The notes under the pieces: model-generated
What the model was told of the DNA's origin: nothing
The model's database searches: none
The model's input: the letters and a program-made list of their open reading frames with translations, nothing else
From: an uncultured Thermoanaerobaculia bacterium
Lineage (GTDB): Bacteria > Acidobacteriota > JBCCFW01
Assembly (NCBI GenBank): GCA_964613915.1
Contig: CAZTIW010000014.1
Span: 30,928-94,927, forward strand
Length of the DNA stretch: 64,000 nt
Reading direction: 5' to 3'
Shown here: piece after piece, positions 29,505 through 39,660 of the stretch
Numbering within the stretch: the stretch's first letter is position 1
Layout: each line of letters starts with the position of its first letter
Made by a program: the position numbers and the translations under genes

Positions 29505-30686
29505 ATGGCCACGGTGAACGACCTGCTCGAGCGAGCGCGCTCCCGCGTCCCCGAGATCACCCCCGCGCAGGCGCACGCCGAGGCGCAGGCGGCGGCACCG
29601 GCCGGACGCCCGCCACTCGTTCTCGACGTTCGCGAGCCCGACGAGCGCGCGCAGGCCCGGATCGCTGGCTCCGCGCACGTGCCGCGCGGCCTGCTCGAGA
29701 TGCGGATGGACGCCCTCGAGCCCGACCGGTCGCGCCGCATCCTCGTCACTTGCGCCGGTGGCAACCGATCGCTGCTCGCCGCCGAGTCGCTGCTCGATCT
29801 CGGCTACGCCGATGTCGCGTCCATCGCGGGGGGCATGCGCGGCTGGAAGGAGGCCGGCCTTCCCGTGGACGCGTCGGCCGGCATGAGCGACGCCGATCAG
29901 CGTCGCTACGCGCGCCATCTCGTCATCCCCGAGGTGGGGGAGGAGGGCCAGGCCAAGCTCCTGGCCTCGAAGGTCGCGCTCATCGGCGCCGGCGGCCTCG
30001 GCTCGCCCGCGGCGTTCTACCTGGCCGCTGCCGGCGTCGGCACGCTCACGATCATCGATGACGACGTCGTGGACGAGACGAACCTGCAGCGGCAGATCCT
30101 GCACGACACGCGCCGCCTCGGCCGCCCGAAGGCCGACAGCGCGCGCGAGACGTTGCTCGCGCTCAACCCCGGCATCACGGTGAACGCGGTGCGCGAGCGG
30201 CTGGTCGCGGCGAGCGCGGAACGGCTCCTCGCTGGGCACGACGTCGTTCTCGACGGCTGCGACAACTTCTCGACGCGCTATCTCGTGAACGACGCGACGC
30301 TGAGGCTCGGCATCCCGAACGTCCACGGCAGCGTCTTCCGGTTCGAGGGGCAGGCGACGGTCTTCTGGTCGGCGCGCGGCGGCCCCTGCTACCGCTGCCT
30401 CTACCCGCAGCCCCCGCCTCCGGGCCTGTCCCCGTCATGCGCCGAGGCCGGCGTGCTCGGCGTGCTGCCGGGCGTCGTGGGGCTGCTCGAGGCCGTGGAG
30501 ACGATCAAGATCCTGCTCGATCGCGGGAGCCTCCTGATCGGCCGGCTTCTCGTCTATGACGCGCTCGAGGCCACCTTCACCGAGTTGCAGCTGCGACGCG
30601 ACCCCGCCTGCGCGTGGTGTTCGGGCCCGACGCCGCCCGAGCTGACTGATCTCGAGGTGACGTGCGCCGCGCCTCCCGCGTCGTGA
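29505..30686 (+). CDS. E1-like adenylyltransferase (ThiF/MoeB family) with N-terminal rhodanese domain
   Basis: Rhodanese active-site loop CAGGNRS; ThiF Gly-rich loop LIGAGGLGS; paired CxxC zinc motifs (CYRC, CAWC). Confidence 0.85.
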   Translation: MATVNDLLERARSRVPEITPAQAHAEAQAAAPAGRPPLVLDVREPDERAQARIAGSAHVPRGLLEMRMDALEPDRSRRILVTCAGGNRSLLAAESLLDLGYADVASIAGGMRGWKEAGLPVDASAGMSDADQRRYARHLVIPEVGEEGQAKLLASKVALIGAGGLGSPAAFYLAAAGVGTLTIIDDDVVDETNLQRQILHDTRRLGRPKADSARETLLALNPGITVNAVRERLVAASAERLLAGHDVVLDGCDNFSTRYLVNDATLRLGIPNVHGSVFRFEGQATVFWSARGGPCYRCLYPQPPPPGLSPSCAEAGVLGVLPGVVGLLEAVETIKILLDRGSLLIGRLLVYDALEATFTELQLRRDPACAWCSGPTPPELTDLEVTCAAPPAS

Positions 30687-30840
30687 GCCCGCTCAAGCGC
30701 GATCCCGGGCGCGCCGATGGATCTCCCGGACCTGTCCCGGGCGCGCTCGCGCGTTCTCCCTTGCGCTTGCGGCCGCCCGCCACGGATCATCACGGGGCCC
30801 GGCCGAATCGTCGGCGGCCCAACCCCGAGACCCTGCTGCG

Positions 30841-31209
30841 ATGAATCCCCAGACATCCTCCGCGAAAGCACTGCCGCTCGCGATCGTCGCGACGCTCTCC
30901 GCCGCGTGCATCGCGGTCGCCCTGTTCGCCACGCGCGTGGGCTTCTTCCGCGAGAGCGACCCGGACGGGACGTGGCACGTGAGGCTCTGGGACGCGTCGG
31001 CCGTGGCCGTGCCGCTGACGTTCCTGCTGTTCGCGCTGGGGGTTCAGTGGGCCATGCGCCAGCGCGCCGCGCTGGCCGTGCTGGCGATGCTTCCGCTGGT
31101 CGCGTGGATCGCCTGCGTGCGCTTCTTCGAGAACGTTCTCGCCAACGACGTCTGGGTCGCGCTCATCACGCTGCAGCTTCAGGGCCTGAACCCGTTCGGG
31201 GTCTCGTGA
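30841..31209 (+). CDS. Small membrane protein, hypothetical
   Basis: 122 aa, 3-4 predicted TM helices; stop overlaps the next start (ATGA). Confidence 0.45.
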   Translation: MNPQTSSAKALPLAIVATLSAACIAVALFATRVGFFRESDPDGTWHVRLWDASAVAVPLTFLLFALGVQWAMRQRAALAVLAMLPLVAWIACVRFFENVLANDVWVALITLQLQGLNPFGVS

Positions 31210-32435
31210 TGCGGGGCCGGTCCCTGCGGCGCCTCGCGGTGATCGCGGCGGCGGTCGCGTGCGTCGGCTGCAAGCCGCGCCCGGCGACCGATCCGCAGCC
31301 GACCGGCGCCACCGCGGCGTCCTCGGGCGCCGACGCGCCGGTGTCAGGATGGACGCAGGCCGGCGGCGGACCGGCGCGCACCGGCATGACGACCGAACCG
31401 GGACCGCGCGCGATGCCGGGCATCCGCTGGACGAATCCGCTCGAGCGCGACGTCGTGACCGAGCCCGTGCTCGGACGGGTCGGCGGAAAGCCCGTCGTGC
31501 TCATGGGTTCCGGCAACGAGGTCCTGGCCTTCGATCTGGAGACCGGCAAGACCGCGTGGTCGCATCGCACCGAGTCCATCATCAACGCATGCCCGGCACA
31601 GGTCGGGGACTCCGTGTGGACCGTGTTCATGGACGGCTTCGTGCTGCGCCTGTCCGCGGCCGACGGCCAGCTCGCGCAGGAACTGGAGTTCGACTTCACG
31701 CTCGAGGCGTCACCCCTGCTGCTACCCGGTCTCATGGTCTTCGAGGAGACGTCGTATTCGGCCAATGTCCAGGAGAACCGCCTGCACGCGATTGACCCGG
31801 CGACGGGGACCGGCAAGTGGGCGACGGACTTCGCGTCGGCCACGGGCCGCTCCGCTTCCAGCGACGGCCAGCGGATCTTCGTCGGCGCCAGCGACGCCAT
31901 CCTCGCCTTCGACGCCGCGACCGGAAAGCCCGCGTGGACGCACGCGTTCCCCGTCGTGACGCGGGTGTACACGCCCATGGTCAGCGGCGGACGCGTGCTG
32001 GTGGCCAGGGGCAGCTACGGCCCGGGGACGATCGAGGCCCTCGACGCGGCGACGGGCAAGCCCGCGTGGACCCGGCAGCTCGCCGGCCGCATCGCGACGC
32101 AGCCCGTGGCGACCGATACCGAGATCTTGCTGCCCATGATGGACGGCAAGATCGAGCGCGTGCTGATCGCCGACGGCACGACCGCGGGGCTGCTCGATCC
32201 GGGCGGCCGCTGCGATGCGCGACCGGTGCTCTCGCCCGAGCGCCTCTACGTTCCCGTCGAGCACGCGATCGTCGCCTTCGACCGCGCGACGTGGCAGCGC
32301 GCATGGACCGTGGAGCTCGAGAGCCAGGCGCCGCCCGGCACCGGCATCCTGCACCTGGCCGTGATGGGCACGCGTCTCGTCGCCGTGCGGCTCGACGGCT
32401 TCATGCACGTCCTCGAGGCGCCGGACGGCACGTGA
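31209..32435 (+). CDS. PQQ-like beta-propeller repeat lipoprotein (BamB-like fold)
   Basis: Lipoprotein-like signal MRGRSLRRLAVIAAAVACVGC; repeated ATGKxAW blades (TGKTAWS, TGKWAT, TGKPAWT twice). Confidence 0.65.
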   Translation: MRGRSLRRLAVIAAAVACVGCKPRPATDPQPTGATAASSGADAPVSGWTQAGGGPARTGMTTEPGPRAMPGIRWTNPLERDVVTEPVLGRVGGKPVVLMGSGNEVLAFDLETGKTAWSHRTESIINACPAQVGDSVWTVFMDGFVLRLSAADGQLAQELEFDFTLEASPLLLPGLMVFEETSYSANVQENRLHAIDPATGTGKWATDFASATGRSASSDGQRIFVGASDAILAFDAATGKPAWTHAFPVVTRVYTPMVSGGRVLVARGSYGPGTIEALDAATGKPAWTRQLAGRIATQPVATDTEILLPMMDGKIERVLIADGTTAGLLDPGGRCDARPVLSPERLYVPVEHAIVAFDRATWQRAWTVELESQAPPGTGILHLAVMGTRLVAVRLDGFMHVLEAPDGT

Positions 32436-34498
32436 GAGGCTCGCGGGCGATTCGTCGCGCGCCCCGCCGCGCGCCCGGCGTTCTCGCGGCGCTGCTCGCG
32501 GTGGCGGCGGTCGCCGGGCTCTGTTCCTGCGGCCCTCGCGCCGAGCCGCGCGCGCCGGACGTCATCCTCATCACGTTCGAGCGCCTGCGCTGGGAGGACC
32601 TGTCGCCGTGGGGCGGCGCCGTGCAGGCTCCCGGGTTCGGGCGCCTGGCCGAGCGCTCGGCGCGCTTCACCCGCGCCGTTACGTGCGCGCCCGGTGGCGC
32701 GCCCGCGGCGCTGACCGTGCTGACCGGCGCCATGCCCCTCGTGCATGGCGTCCGCGGCCGCGACGACGGCAGGCTCAGCGCGCAGGCCCGGAGCCTCGCG
32801 AGTCGCATGCGCGCGCGCAATTACGCGACCGGGGCCTTCCTTCAGAGCGACGACGTGACGGCCTTCATGCGCGCGGATCGCGACTTCCAGGCGTGGGACG
32901 GGCCCGTGGCCGGCTTTCCCACGGGTCACCCCGGCGCGAGCGCGCGACGGGGCGTGGACGAGACGGTCGCGGCGGGGCTCGCGTGGCTCATGGACCAGCC
33001 CGCCGATCGCGCCGGCTTTCTCTGGCTCAGCCTCGCGGAGCCCGCGACCCCCGAGCTGACGGCGGTCGAGCGTGCGTCGCGGCTGGGCGACGTCGATCGC
33101 GTCGTCGCCGCGGTGCTCGATCGCGCGCGCGCGCGTGGCGCGTCGCGCGGCGTGGCCCCCGTGCTCGTCGCGTGCAACCTGTCATCGCACGGGCCCGACC
33201 CGAGTCGCGCCGCGGACGAGGCCTTCCGCCTGGAAGCCGCCGCGCTGCGCGTGCGCGTGCTGGTCGAAGCCGAGGGCATGCCCGCCGGCGATGTCGCGGG
33301 CCTCGCGGGCCTCGATGAAGTCGCGGACCTCGTCGAGAGCCTGGTGGGCGGCCTGCCCTCGCGCTTGCGCGACTTGGCGTCGGGCAGCGGCCGCCCGCGC
33401 GAGGCGGTTCTCGCCGGGTCGATCCAGCCGGCGATCTGCTGTGGCGCCGAGCCGATTCGCGTGGCGATGGGGCCCGAGGGCGAGCCCGTGGCCGATCATC
33501 CGCTCGTCGCGCAATCCATCGCGTCCGACGCGGGCTGGCCCGGGGGCCATGGCGGGCCGACCGCCGCGGACGTCACGTCCGGCTACCTGGCGGCCGATGC
33601 CGCCTACAGCCTCGCGCGACAGGGGCGCGTCGAGGACGCGATCGCGGCGTTTCGCGCGATGGATGCGTCAGCGGCCGCGTTCCCCGTGTCGCGCGTGGGC
33701 CTCGGGCTCGCGCTCATGGCCGCGGGCGATCCGGCCGCCGCGGGCGAGACGTTCGCGGCGATGGCGGGGCAGACGCGTCCCGGCACGTTCGCGTGGGGGC
33801 AGGCGCGTCTGGGCCTCGCGCGCGCGGCGCGGCGCGCGGGCGAGCTCGCGAAGGCGGTCGCCGTGATCGACGAGATCGTGGCGGCGAGCCCGGACGACCT
33901 GCGTGCCCTGAGCTGGCGCGCCGAGATGTCCGAGGCCGCGGGCGACCGGCAGGGCGCCGTGGCGAGCGTCCTCGCCCTCGTCGAGCACGATCCCGAGAAC
34001 CCGCAGGCGCAAGCCGAACTCGGGAGGCTCCTGCTCATGATCGGGCGGCCGCGCGAGGCTGCCCGCGCCCTGGACGCCGCTTCCCGGCGGCGCCCCACGG
34101 ATCCCGTGCTGCTGCTGGCATCGGCGGACGCGTTCGCGGCATCGGGGGACTGGTGGTCCGCGCTCGACAAGATCGATCGCCGCATCCGGCTCTACGGGAG
34201 CGGGCCCGACACGGACTTCGCGACGGCGCGCTGCTGGCGCGACACGCATCGGTGGACGCTCGCCGCCGAGTACTTCGCTCGTTACGTCGAGGCGCGTCCC
34301 GACGAGGCGCGCGGGCGGCTCGGCCTCGCGGAGGCGCTGCTCTACGCGGGCGACGAGCGCGGCCTCGCGGAGTGGCGCCGCGCCCGCGATCTCGCGCCCG
34401 CGGATCCCACGCCGTGCGGCGTGCTGCGTCGCTGGGTCGCGCAGGGTGGCGGCCTCGCGCCGGCGGATCTCGCCGCGGAGTGTCCGGGCAGCGGATGA
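32432..34498 (+). CDS. Lipoprotein with alkaline-phosphatase-superfamily-like N-terminal domain and C-terminal TPR repeats
   Basis: GTG start overlapping upstream stop; signal with Cys (AGLCSCG); PDVILITFERLRWEDL resembles the AP-superfamily metal-site motif with substitutions; TPR-like helical repeats at C-terminus. Confidence 0.5.
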   Translation: MRGSRAIRRAPRRAPGVLAALLAVAAVAGLCSCGPRAEPRAPDVILITFERLRWEDLSPWGGAVQAPGFGRLAERSARFTRAVTCAPGGAPAALTVLTGAMPLVHGVRGRDDGRLSAQARSLASRMRARNYATGAFLQSDDVTAFMRADRDFQAWDGPVAGFPTGHPGASARRGVDETVAAGLAWLMDQPADRAGFLWLSLAEPATPELTAVERASRLGDVDRVVAAVLDRARARGASRGVAPVLVACNLSSHGPDPSRAADEAFRLEAAALRVRVLVEAEGMPAGDVAGLAGLDEVADLVESLVGGLPSRLRDLASGSGRPREAVLAGSIQPAICCGAEPIRVAMGPEGEPVADHPLVAQSIASDAGWPGGHGGPTAADVTSGYLAADAAYSLARQGRVEDAIAAFRAMDASAAAFPVSRVGLGLALMAAGDPAAAGETFAAMAGQTRPGTFAWGQARLGLARAARRAGELAKAVAVIDEIVAASPDDLRALSWRAEMSEAAGDRQGAVASVLALVEHDPENPQAQAELGRLLLMIGRPREAARALDAASRRRPTDPVLLLASADAFAASGDWWSALDKIDRRIRLYGSGPDTDFATARCWRDTHRWTLAAEYFARYVEARPDEARGRLGLAEALLYAGDERGLAEWRRARDLAPADPTPCGVLRRWVAQGGGLAPADLAAECPGSG

Positions 34499-35967
34499 TC
34501 CGGCTCGCGGCCCTCACGCTCGCCATGGCGCTCGGCATCGCGCTGATGCCCGCGGCGTGCCGGCGGCAGGTCGTGCAGTCCGCCGGCGGCGCGGAGACCG
34601 GCGCGGGCACGCGCGCGCCCGCAGACCTGCGCTTGCCCGTCATGGAGCTCGCGGCGCCGCTGGATCCCGACGCCAAGATCGACGGCCAGTTTCGACGCGA
34701 GCTCCTGCCGCAGGTGCGTCGCGACACGCCGCTGCGCCTGGTGGTGGACCTGACGGCGCAGCCCGATCTCGTCGCGCTCGGCCGTCGCCTCGACGCGCGC
34801 GATCGGACGCGGCGCGAGCGCGTGCTGGCCGCGGGCGCCGCGCTCGCGCAACGCGTGCCCGCGGCCACCGCGCTGGCCGACGAGCTGCGCGCGATGCCCG
34901 CCGTGACCGACGTGGTCGAGGCGACGTGCATGGCGCGCGTGAGCTTCACGGGGCCCGCGCGTCTCGCGACCGAGCTGGCGGCGCGTCCCGGCGTGCTGGC
35001 GGTGTGGGGGAGAGCCACGACAGGGCCGCCGCCGCCCGCAACCACGCGGCCCGGGGGAGCCGTGCCGCCCCTCGCGCGCCCGGCGGCCTCGTGGGCGATC
35101 GAGGCGATGCGCGTCGCGCCCGCGTGGGAGCGCGGGCTCCGGGGCGCGGGCGCGCACGCGTGCATCATGGACTCGCTGCCGGCGGCCGAGCATCCGGCGC
35201 TCGCGGGCCGCTTCGCTCGCACGGACGTCGCGCCGCCAGGAGCGGCGCTGCCGGACGACGGCGCGGGCCACGGTCTGGCCGTGCTCGGCGCGGCGGTGGC
35301 CGCGGATGGCCTGGGCGTGGCGCCCGAGGCCACGTGGTCGGGCGTGAACGCGATCGGCCAGTCAGGGCTCGATCCCGAGGCCATCGCGGCCGCGGTGGAT
35401 TGGATCCTGCTGCACGCGCGGCCCGACGTCGTGCTGGTGCCCTGGGACGTGCCGGACCAGATCCCCGCGCACGCGCTCGCGCTTCCGTTCGGCGCGCTGC
35501 GCACGGCGGGCATGGGCGTCGTGTTTCCCGCTGGCAACACGGGGCCCTCGCGCGGCGCGAACCGGCCGCCCGCGAACCTGCTGGCCCTCGCGCCGGATGG
35601 CGCCGCGGCGTTCTCCATCGGGGGCGTGGACCGCGCGATGGGGGCGTACGACCTGTCGAATCGCGGGCCCAACGCGCGCGACGGTTCGCAGTTCCCCCTG
35701 GCCGCTGCGCCCGGCGCGGATGTCGTCCTGCCCGATCCGGCCGGTGGCGTGCGGATCGCGCACGGCACGTCGCAGGCCTGCGGGTTCGCCGCGGGCGCCA
35801 TGGCGATCGTGCTCGCCGCGCATCCGCGCATGACGGGTCCGCAGGCCGAGGCGCTCTTGCAGGCGACCGCGCGCGATCTCGGCGAGCCCGGCCCCGACAC
35901 GACATTCGGTCACGGCATTCTCGATGTCGCCGCGGCGGTCGAGGCCGCGGCGACCCCGTCACGCTGA
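34495..35967 (+). CDS. Subtilisin-like (S8) serine peptidase lipoprotein
   Basis: ATGA overlap with upstream gene; signal MIRLAALTLAMALGIALMPAAC; S8-like His (GAGHGLAV) and Ser (HGTSQACGFAAGAMAI) regions. Confidence 0.65.
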   Translation: MIRLAALTLAMALGIALMPAACRRQVVQSAGGAETGAGTRAPADLRLPVMELAAPLDPDAKIDGQFRRELLPQVRRDTPLRLVVDLTAQPDLVALGRRLDARDRTRRERVLAAGAALAQRVPAATALADELRAMPAVTDVVEATCMARVSFTGPARLATELAARPGVLAVWGRATTGPPPPATTRPGGAVPPLARPAASWAIEAMRVAPAWERGLRGAGAHACIMDSLPAAEHPALAGRFARTDVAPPGAALPDDGAGHGLAVLGAAVAADGLGVAPEATWSGVNAIGQSGLDPEAIAAAVDWILLHARPDVVLVPWDVPDQIPAHALALPFGALRTAGMGVVFPAGNTGPSRGANRPPANLLALAPDGAAAFSIGGVDRAMGAYDLSNRGPNARDGSQFPLAAAPGADVVLPDPAGGVRIAHGTSQACGFAAGAMAIVLAAHPRMTGPQAEALLQATARDLGEPGPDTTFGHGILDVAAAVEAAATPSR

Positions 35968-35969
35968 CG

Positions 35970-36902
35970 TCACGGAAGCTCCGGGAGCGGTCGCGCGATC
36001 GCGCCCGCCAGCCGCATGGCCGCGTACACCGCCACGATCGCGAATAGCGTCGCGGCCATCACGCGCAGGCGCCAACGCGTCTTCGCGAGCGCTTCATGCT
36101 CGAGCAGCCCCGCCGCGCGCTCGAACGCGACATCGAGCCTGCCCGTGATCTCGGCGTCAGCCACGAGCGCCATCTCCACGGGCCGCAAGACCTGCGCGCG
36201 TCGCAGCGCGTCCGCGAGCCCCGCCCCGCGCTCGAGGTTGTCCGCGGCGCGGCGCAGGGCTCCGGTGAGCCCTTGGTGCGCGGCGGCATCGGCGGCATCG
36301 CGCAGCGTCGCGGGCATCGGGATCCCGGCGCCAGATAGCAGCGCGATCGTGCGGCACGCCCGCGCCGCCGCGTGAAGGCGCATCACCTCCGCGAGACCCG
36401 GCGGCGCGAAGCCGCTCGCGGCGGATCGGCGCAGGATCGCGACGACGATCGGGGGAACGAGGGCGATGGGCAGCGCCGCGCGAAGATACGGCCCGACGCC
36501 AGACGTCACGAGCACGGCGAGGGGCAGGATGAAGGCGATGACGAGCCATGCGACGATCGGCTCGATGGCGAGATGCCACATCTCCGCGAGAACGCGCGCT
36601 CGCGCCTCGCACGCTTCCGCGAGCCGGTCGAGCACGAGGTCGAGGCGTCCCGTGGTCTCGCCGGCCCGGACAACGGCGACGTGCGCGGGAGGGAGTCCCG
36701 CGCCGCGGAGCGCCTCCGACGGCAGGGCGCTGGTGGCGAACGCGCCGGCCAGCGCGGCCGCCGCGCGACGGGCCCCGGAGCCCGCGGCATCCGCTCGCAG
36801 GGCGGCGGCCATCTGGATGGGCGGGATGCCCGCCGAGTGCAAGCGCGCCGTCACGCGATAGAGCGCCGCGAGATCGCGCGAGGGGCCCGGCAACTCCAGC
36901 AT
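35970..36902 (-). CDS. GspF/PilC/TadC-like inner-membrane protein (two T2SS-F-type domains)
   Basis: Two copies of the family motif (GETTGRLDLVLDRL and AEITGRLDVAFERAAGL) flanking TM helices; Arg/Ser-rich 5-prime part of the long ORF excluded. Confidence 0.55.
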   Translation of the reverse strand: MLELPGPSRDLAALYRVTARLHSAGIPPIQMAAALRADAAGSGARRAAAALAGAFATSALPSEALRGAGLPPAHVAVVRAGETTGRLDLVLDRLAEACEARARVLAEMWHLAIEPIVAWLVIAFILPLAVLVTSGVGPYLRAALPIALVPPIVVAILRRSAASGFAPPGLAEVMRLHAAARACRTIALLSGAGIPMPATLRDAADAAAHQGLTGALRRAADNLERGAGLADALRRAQVLRPVEMALVADAEITGRLDVAFERAAGLLEHEALAKTRWRLRVMAATLFAIVAVYAAMRLAGAIARPLPELP

Positions 36903-36972
36903 CTCAAGCGCCCGCCACGCGGCGCTGCCGCGTGCACGAGAAGTGCCGTGATCCGAGACCGTTGCGGACCAT

Positions 36973-38748
36973 CTAGCTCGACGGCGGCGCGGGATCCGGC
37001 GCGTCGGGTGCGGCCTCGGTGGCGTCCGCGACGACGAGCGTCGGCGGAGCCGCCGAGGCGGGGTCGGCCAGCGCGGCGGCGGCCGGGCGCGGGCGCGTGA
37101 CGAAGGCCGCGATCGCGAGCAGGAGCGCCGCGAGGAGGCACGCGATCGCGAGAGCATCGCCGATGCGCGCGTACACGGTGGGCGCGCGGGCGTCGAGGAT
37201 GACCTGCGGGTAGAACACGCCCGCCTCGTTGATGGGCGAGCCCGTGTAGCGTCCGCGAAGGATCTCGCGCGGCCGTCCGTTGGGATCGATGAGCGCGGAG
37301 ATGCCGTCGTTCGTCGCGCGGACGACGCTCGTGCGCCCCTCGATCGCGCGGAAGCCCGAGACCGCGATCGTCATCTCGTGGATCGAGTCGCCCAGCCGTC
37401 CCTCGCTCGTCTGGTTGACGAGGAAGTCCACGCCGAGCCGGTGCCAGCGGTTCACGATGCGCGCCGTCGCGATCTCGAAGCAGATCGGCGCGCCGAACGT
37501 CCAGGTCTTGCCCTGGCGATCCGTGAACGTGAACGGCCGCATCTCGTCCACGGGGCCCGCCACGCCCTCGGGCACGACGCCGACGAATCGCTTGATGAAG
37601 CCCTCCCACGCCCGGCGCGTTCCGTCGCCGAACCGGCCTGCCAGCGCGCGTCCGGGGACGACCTCGGTCCACGGCAGCAGGCGCACCTTGTCGTAGAACT
37701 GCACGCTGCCGTCCGGCAGGACGAGCACGGACGTGTGGACGTCGCCGCCGAGATCGGGCGCGTGGCGCCATCCATCCGCGAGAATCGGTTGCTGGAGGCC
37801 CGCCGCGATGCGCGCGAGGTCGCCGATGAAGTGGGCGTCGGTGTCCCCGCCCCGCGTGCCGAACGGGATCGAGATGGAGTTCTCGGGCCAGAGGATCGCG
37901 TCGGAGTCCTGACGGGCCGTGGAGAGCGTCTGCAAGACCTGCAGGTCGAACAGGTTTCGCGCTTCCTTTTCCACGGGGGAACGAGCCGTGTTCGACTGCA
38001 GGACGTGCAGGCGTGGCCCAGCGCTGAAGTGGGCCTCCGTATCGCGGTGCGTGCCGTAGGCGAACACGCCGGCGAGGAGCAGCGCCACGCCAGCGCCCTG
38101 AAGCATGAGCGATCGCCGCGCGCGCGCGAGGCCCCCGGGCGTCGTCGCGGCGATGGCGGTCTCGGCCAGAAAGCCGTGCAGCGCCGCCAGCCAGAACGTG
38201 ACGGCGGCGACCCCGGCGAGGTCGGCCACCTGCACCATGCGCGTGAGCACGATTTGCGAGTATCCGAGCACGCACAGCGCGAGTTCGCCCGGCGACAGGC
38301 GCAGGCGCAGCCACTCGGTGCCCGTGAAGGTGATGGCCCACAGGAGCGCCAGCGGAAAGGCCGGCCAGCGGCTCCGCACCGAGCGGACCAGAAACCACGC
38401 GGGCAGCACGAGCGGCCAGTAGAACCAAGGCGCGAGCAGCCACGTCGCCGTGCCCTGGCCCCGCAGCCACTCGATGCCGATGAGCGCCATCAGCCACAGG
38501 CCAGCGCAGAAGGCGAGCAGGTTCCATCGCCCGGCGAGGCGCGGGTGGACGGCCACGATCAACCACGGAACGGTGGACCACCAGGCGTGCAGCGCCATCG
38601 CCGTGTCCCGCACGTGAACGCCGTACACGATGCCGCCACCGAGCGAAAGGATGACGACGAGCGCGAGCCGCACGGGATTCCGGAGGGGAGCCGGGCCGGC
38701 GGATTCGGGGGGTCTGGTCGGCTCGGGAGGGGAGGGCTCGGCGTCCAT
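36973..38748 (-). CDS. lnt: Apolipoprotein N-acyltransferase
   Basis: N-terminal polytopic membrane domain followed by carbon-nitrogen hydrolase domain; C-terminal TM helix. Confidence 0.8.
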   Translation of the reverse strand: MDAEPSPPEPTRPPESAGPAPLRNPVRLALVVILSLGGGIVYGVHVRDTAMALHAWWSTVPWLIVAVHPRLAGRWNLLAFCAGLWLMALIGIEWLRGQGTATWLLAPWFYWPLVLPAWFLVRSVRSRWPAFPLALLWAITFTGTEWLRLRLSPGELALCVLGYSQIVLTRMVQVADLAGVAAVTFWLAALHGFLAETAIAATTPGGLARARRSLMLQGAGVALLLAGVFAYGTHRDTEAHFSAGPRLHVLQSNTARSPVEKEARNLFDLQVLQTLSTARQDSDAILWPENSISIPFGTRGGDTDAHFIGDLARIAAGLQQPILADGWRHAPDLGGDVHTSVLVLPDGSVQFYDKVRLLPWTEVVPGRALAGRFGDGTRRAWEGFIKRFVGVVPEGVAGPVDEMRPFTFTDRQGKTWTFGAPICFEIATARIVNRWHRLGVDFLVNQTSEGRLGDSIHEMTIAVSGFRAIEGRTSVVRATNDGISALIDPNGRPREILRGRYTGSPINEAGVFYPQVILDARAPTVYARIGDALAIACLLAALLLAIAAFVTRPRPAAAALADPASAAPPTLVVADATEAAPDAPDPAPPSS

Positions 38749-38870
38749 GCGTCTCGTGATCGGCGGCCGTGCCGCGGGGCTTGAGCACGGCGCGCTTCAC
38801 GAATGAGGCGTCGCGTGGCTATGCTGCGTGCCGAGACGGTCCGCATTCACGGCCGTCCGGGAGTTCCAGC

Positions 38871-39278
38871 GTGGACGATAGCAGCCCTGGCGAGACCCCT
38901 GGCAAGCTTCCCATCGCGCCGGCCTACCTCGTGGTGCTGGCTGTCGGGGCGCTCGCGGGCGTCTGGCTCATGGCGAGCGCGGCCGGAGCCTGGCACGCCG
39001 CGAGCGCGGCCGAGTCGTTCCCGCCCGAAACGCGCCGCCGCCTCGCGTTCGCCGTCGTGTTCAACGCGGGCCTCGCGGGCGCGATCGCGCTGGCCGCGGC
39101 CGGCGAGGTCGTCGCGACCGCCGTGCGCCTCGTGCGCCGCCGTCCGCCGGTGCACGTGGCCGGCCGCCTCGGCTTCGCCCTGCTGCCCATGCTCGTGCTG
39201 GCGGCCGGGCATCACTTCGTCAACCCCTGGCTCGGCGACCTGCTCCGCGCCGTCCGGGGCGTGGCCGCCGGCGGGTAG
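38871..39278 (+). CDS. Small membrane protein, hypothetical
   Basis: Hydrophobic ORF divergent from lnt; start (GTG about 38871) uncertain. Confidence 0.35.
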   Translation: MDDSSPGETPGKLPIAPAYLVVLAVGALAGVWLMASAAGAWHAASAAESFPPETRRRLAFAVVFNAGLAGAIALAAAGEVVATAVRLVRRRPPVHVAGRLGFALLPMLVLAAGHHFVNPWLGDLLRAVRGVAAGG

Positions 39279-39660
39279 TTTCCGCCGCGGCGGCCGGGCA
39301 GGCCGCACGGGCCGCTTCGCGTCTCGCGGGCGCCCCGGCCCCTCCGCATGCCCTGCAAGTCTTGTGGATGGGCGGATTTGCGTGCCAGAATGCCGCACCG
39401 GTCGGGGTCGGCGTGTCCTGGGGCACCTGGGCCAGCTGAGCCACGGGGCCGCTCGCAGGCACGAAGGCGTCACGGGGGCGGGCCGAAGCGCGGCCCGGCA
39501 GGCCCGAGTTCGGGCTCCAGCCCGCGCCGTCTCCGCTGCGGGCGGACCGCCGCCATGACCGGGGCGCGGGGCCGGAAGGTCCGGCGCGTTCCCCTGCAGG
39601 TCGGCGCCGGCAGCTCGCGGGCCGTCGCCCCGCCCGCCCCATCCCTCACGGGAGCCCTCG

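Noticed and set aside
39355-39400. Sigma70-like promoter TTGTGG-N18-CAGAAT upstream of the TSP3 gene
   Set aside because: Weak match at an atypical distance (about 260 bp) from the start codon; not distinguishable from chance.
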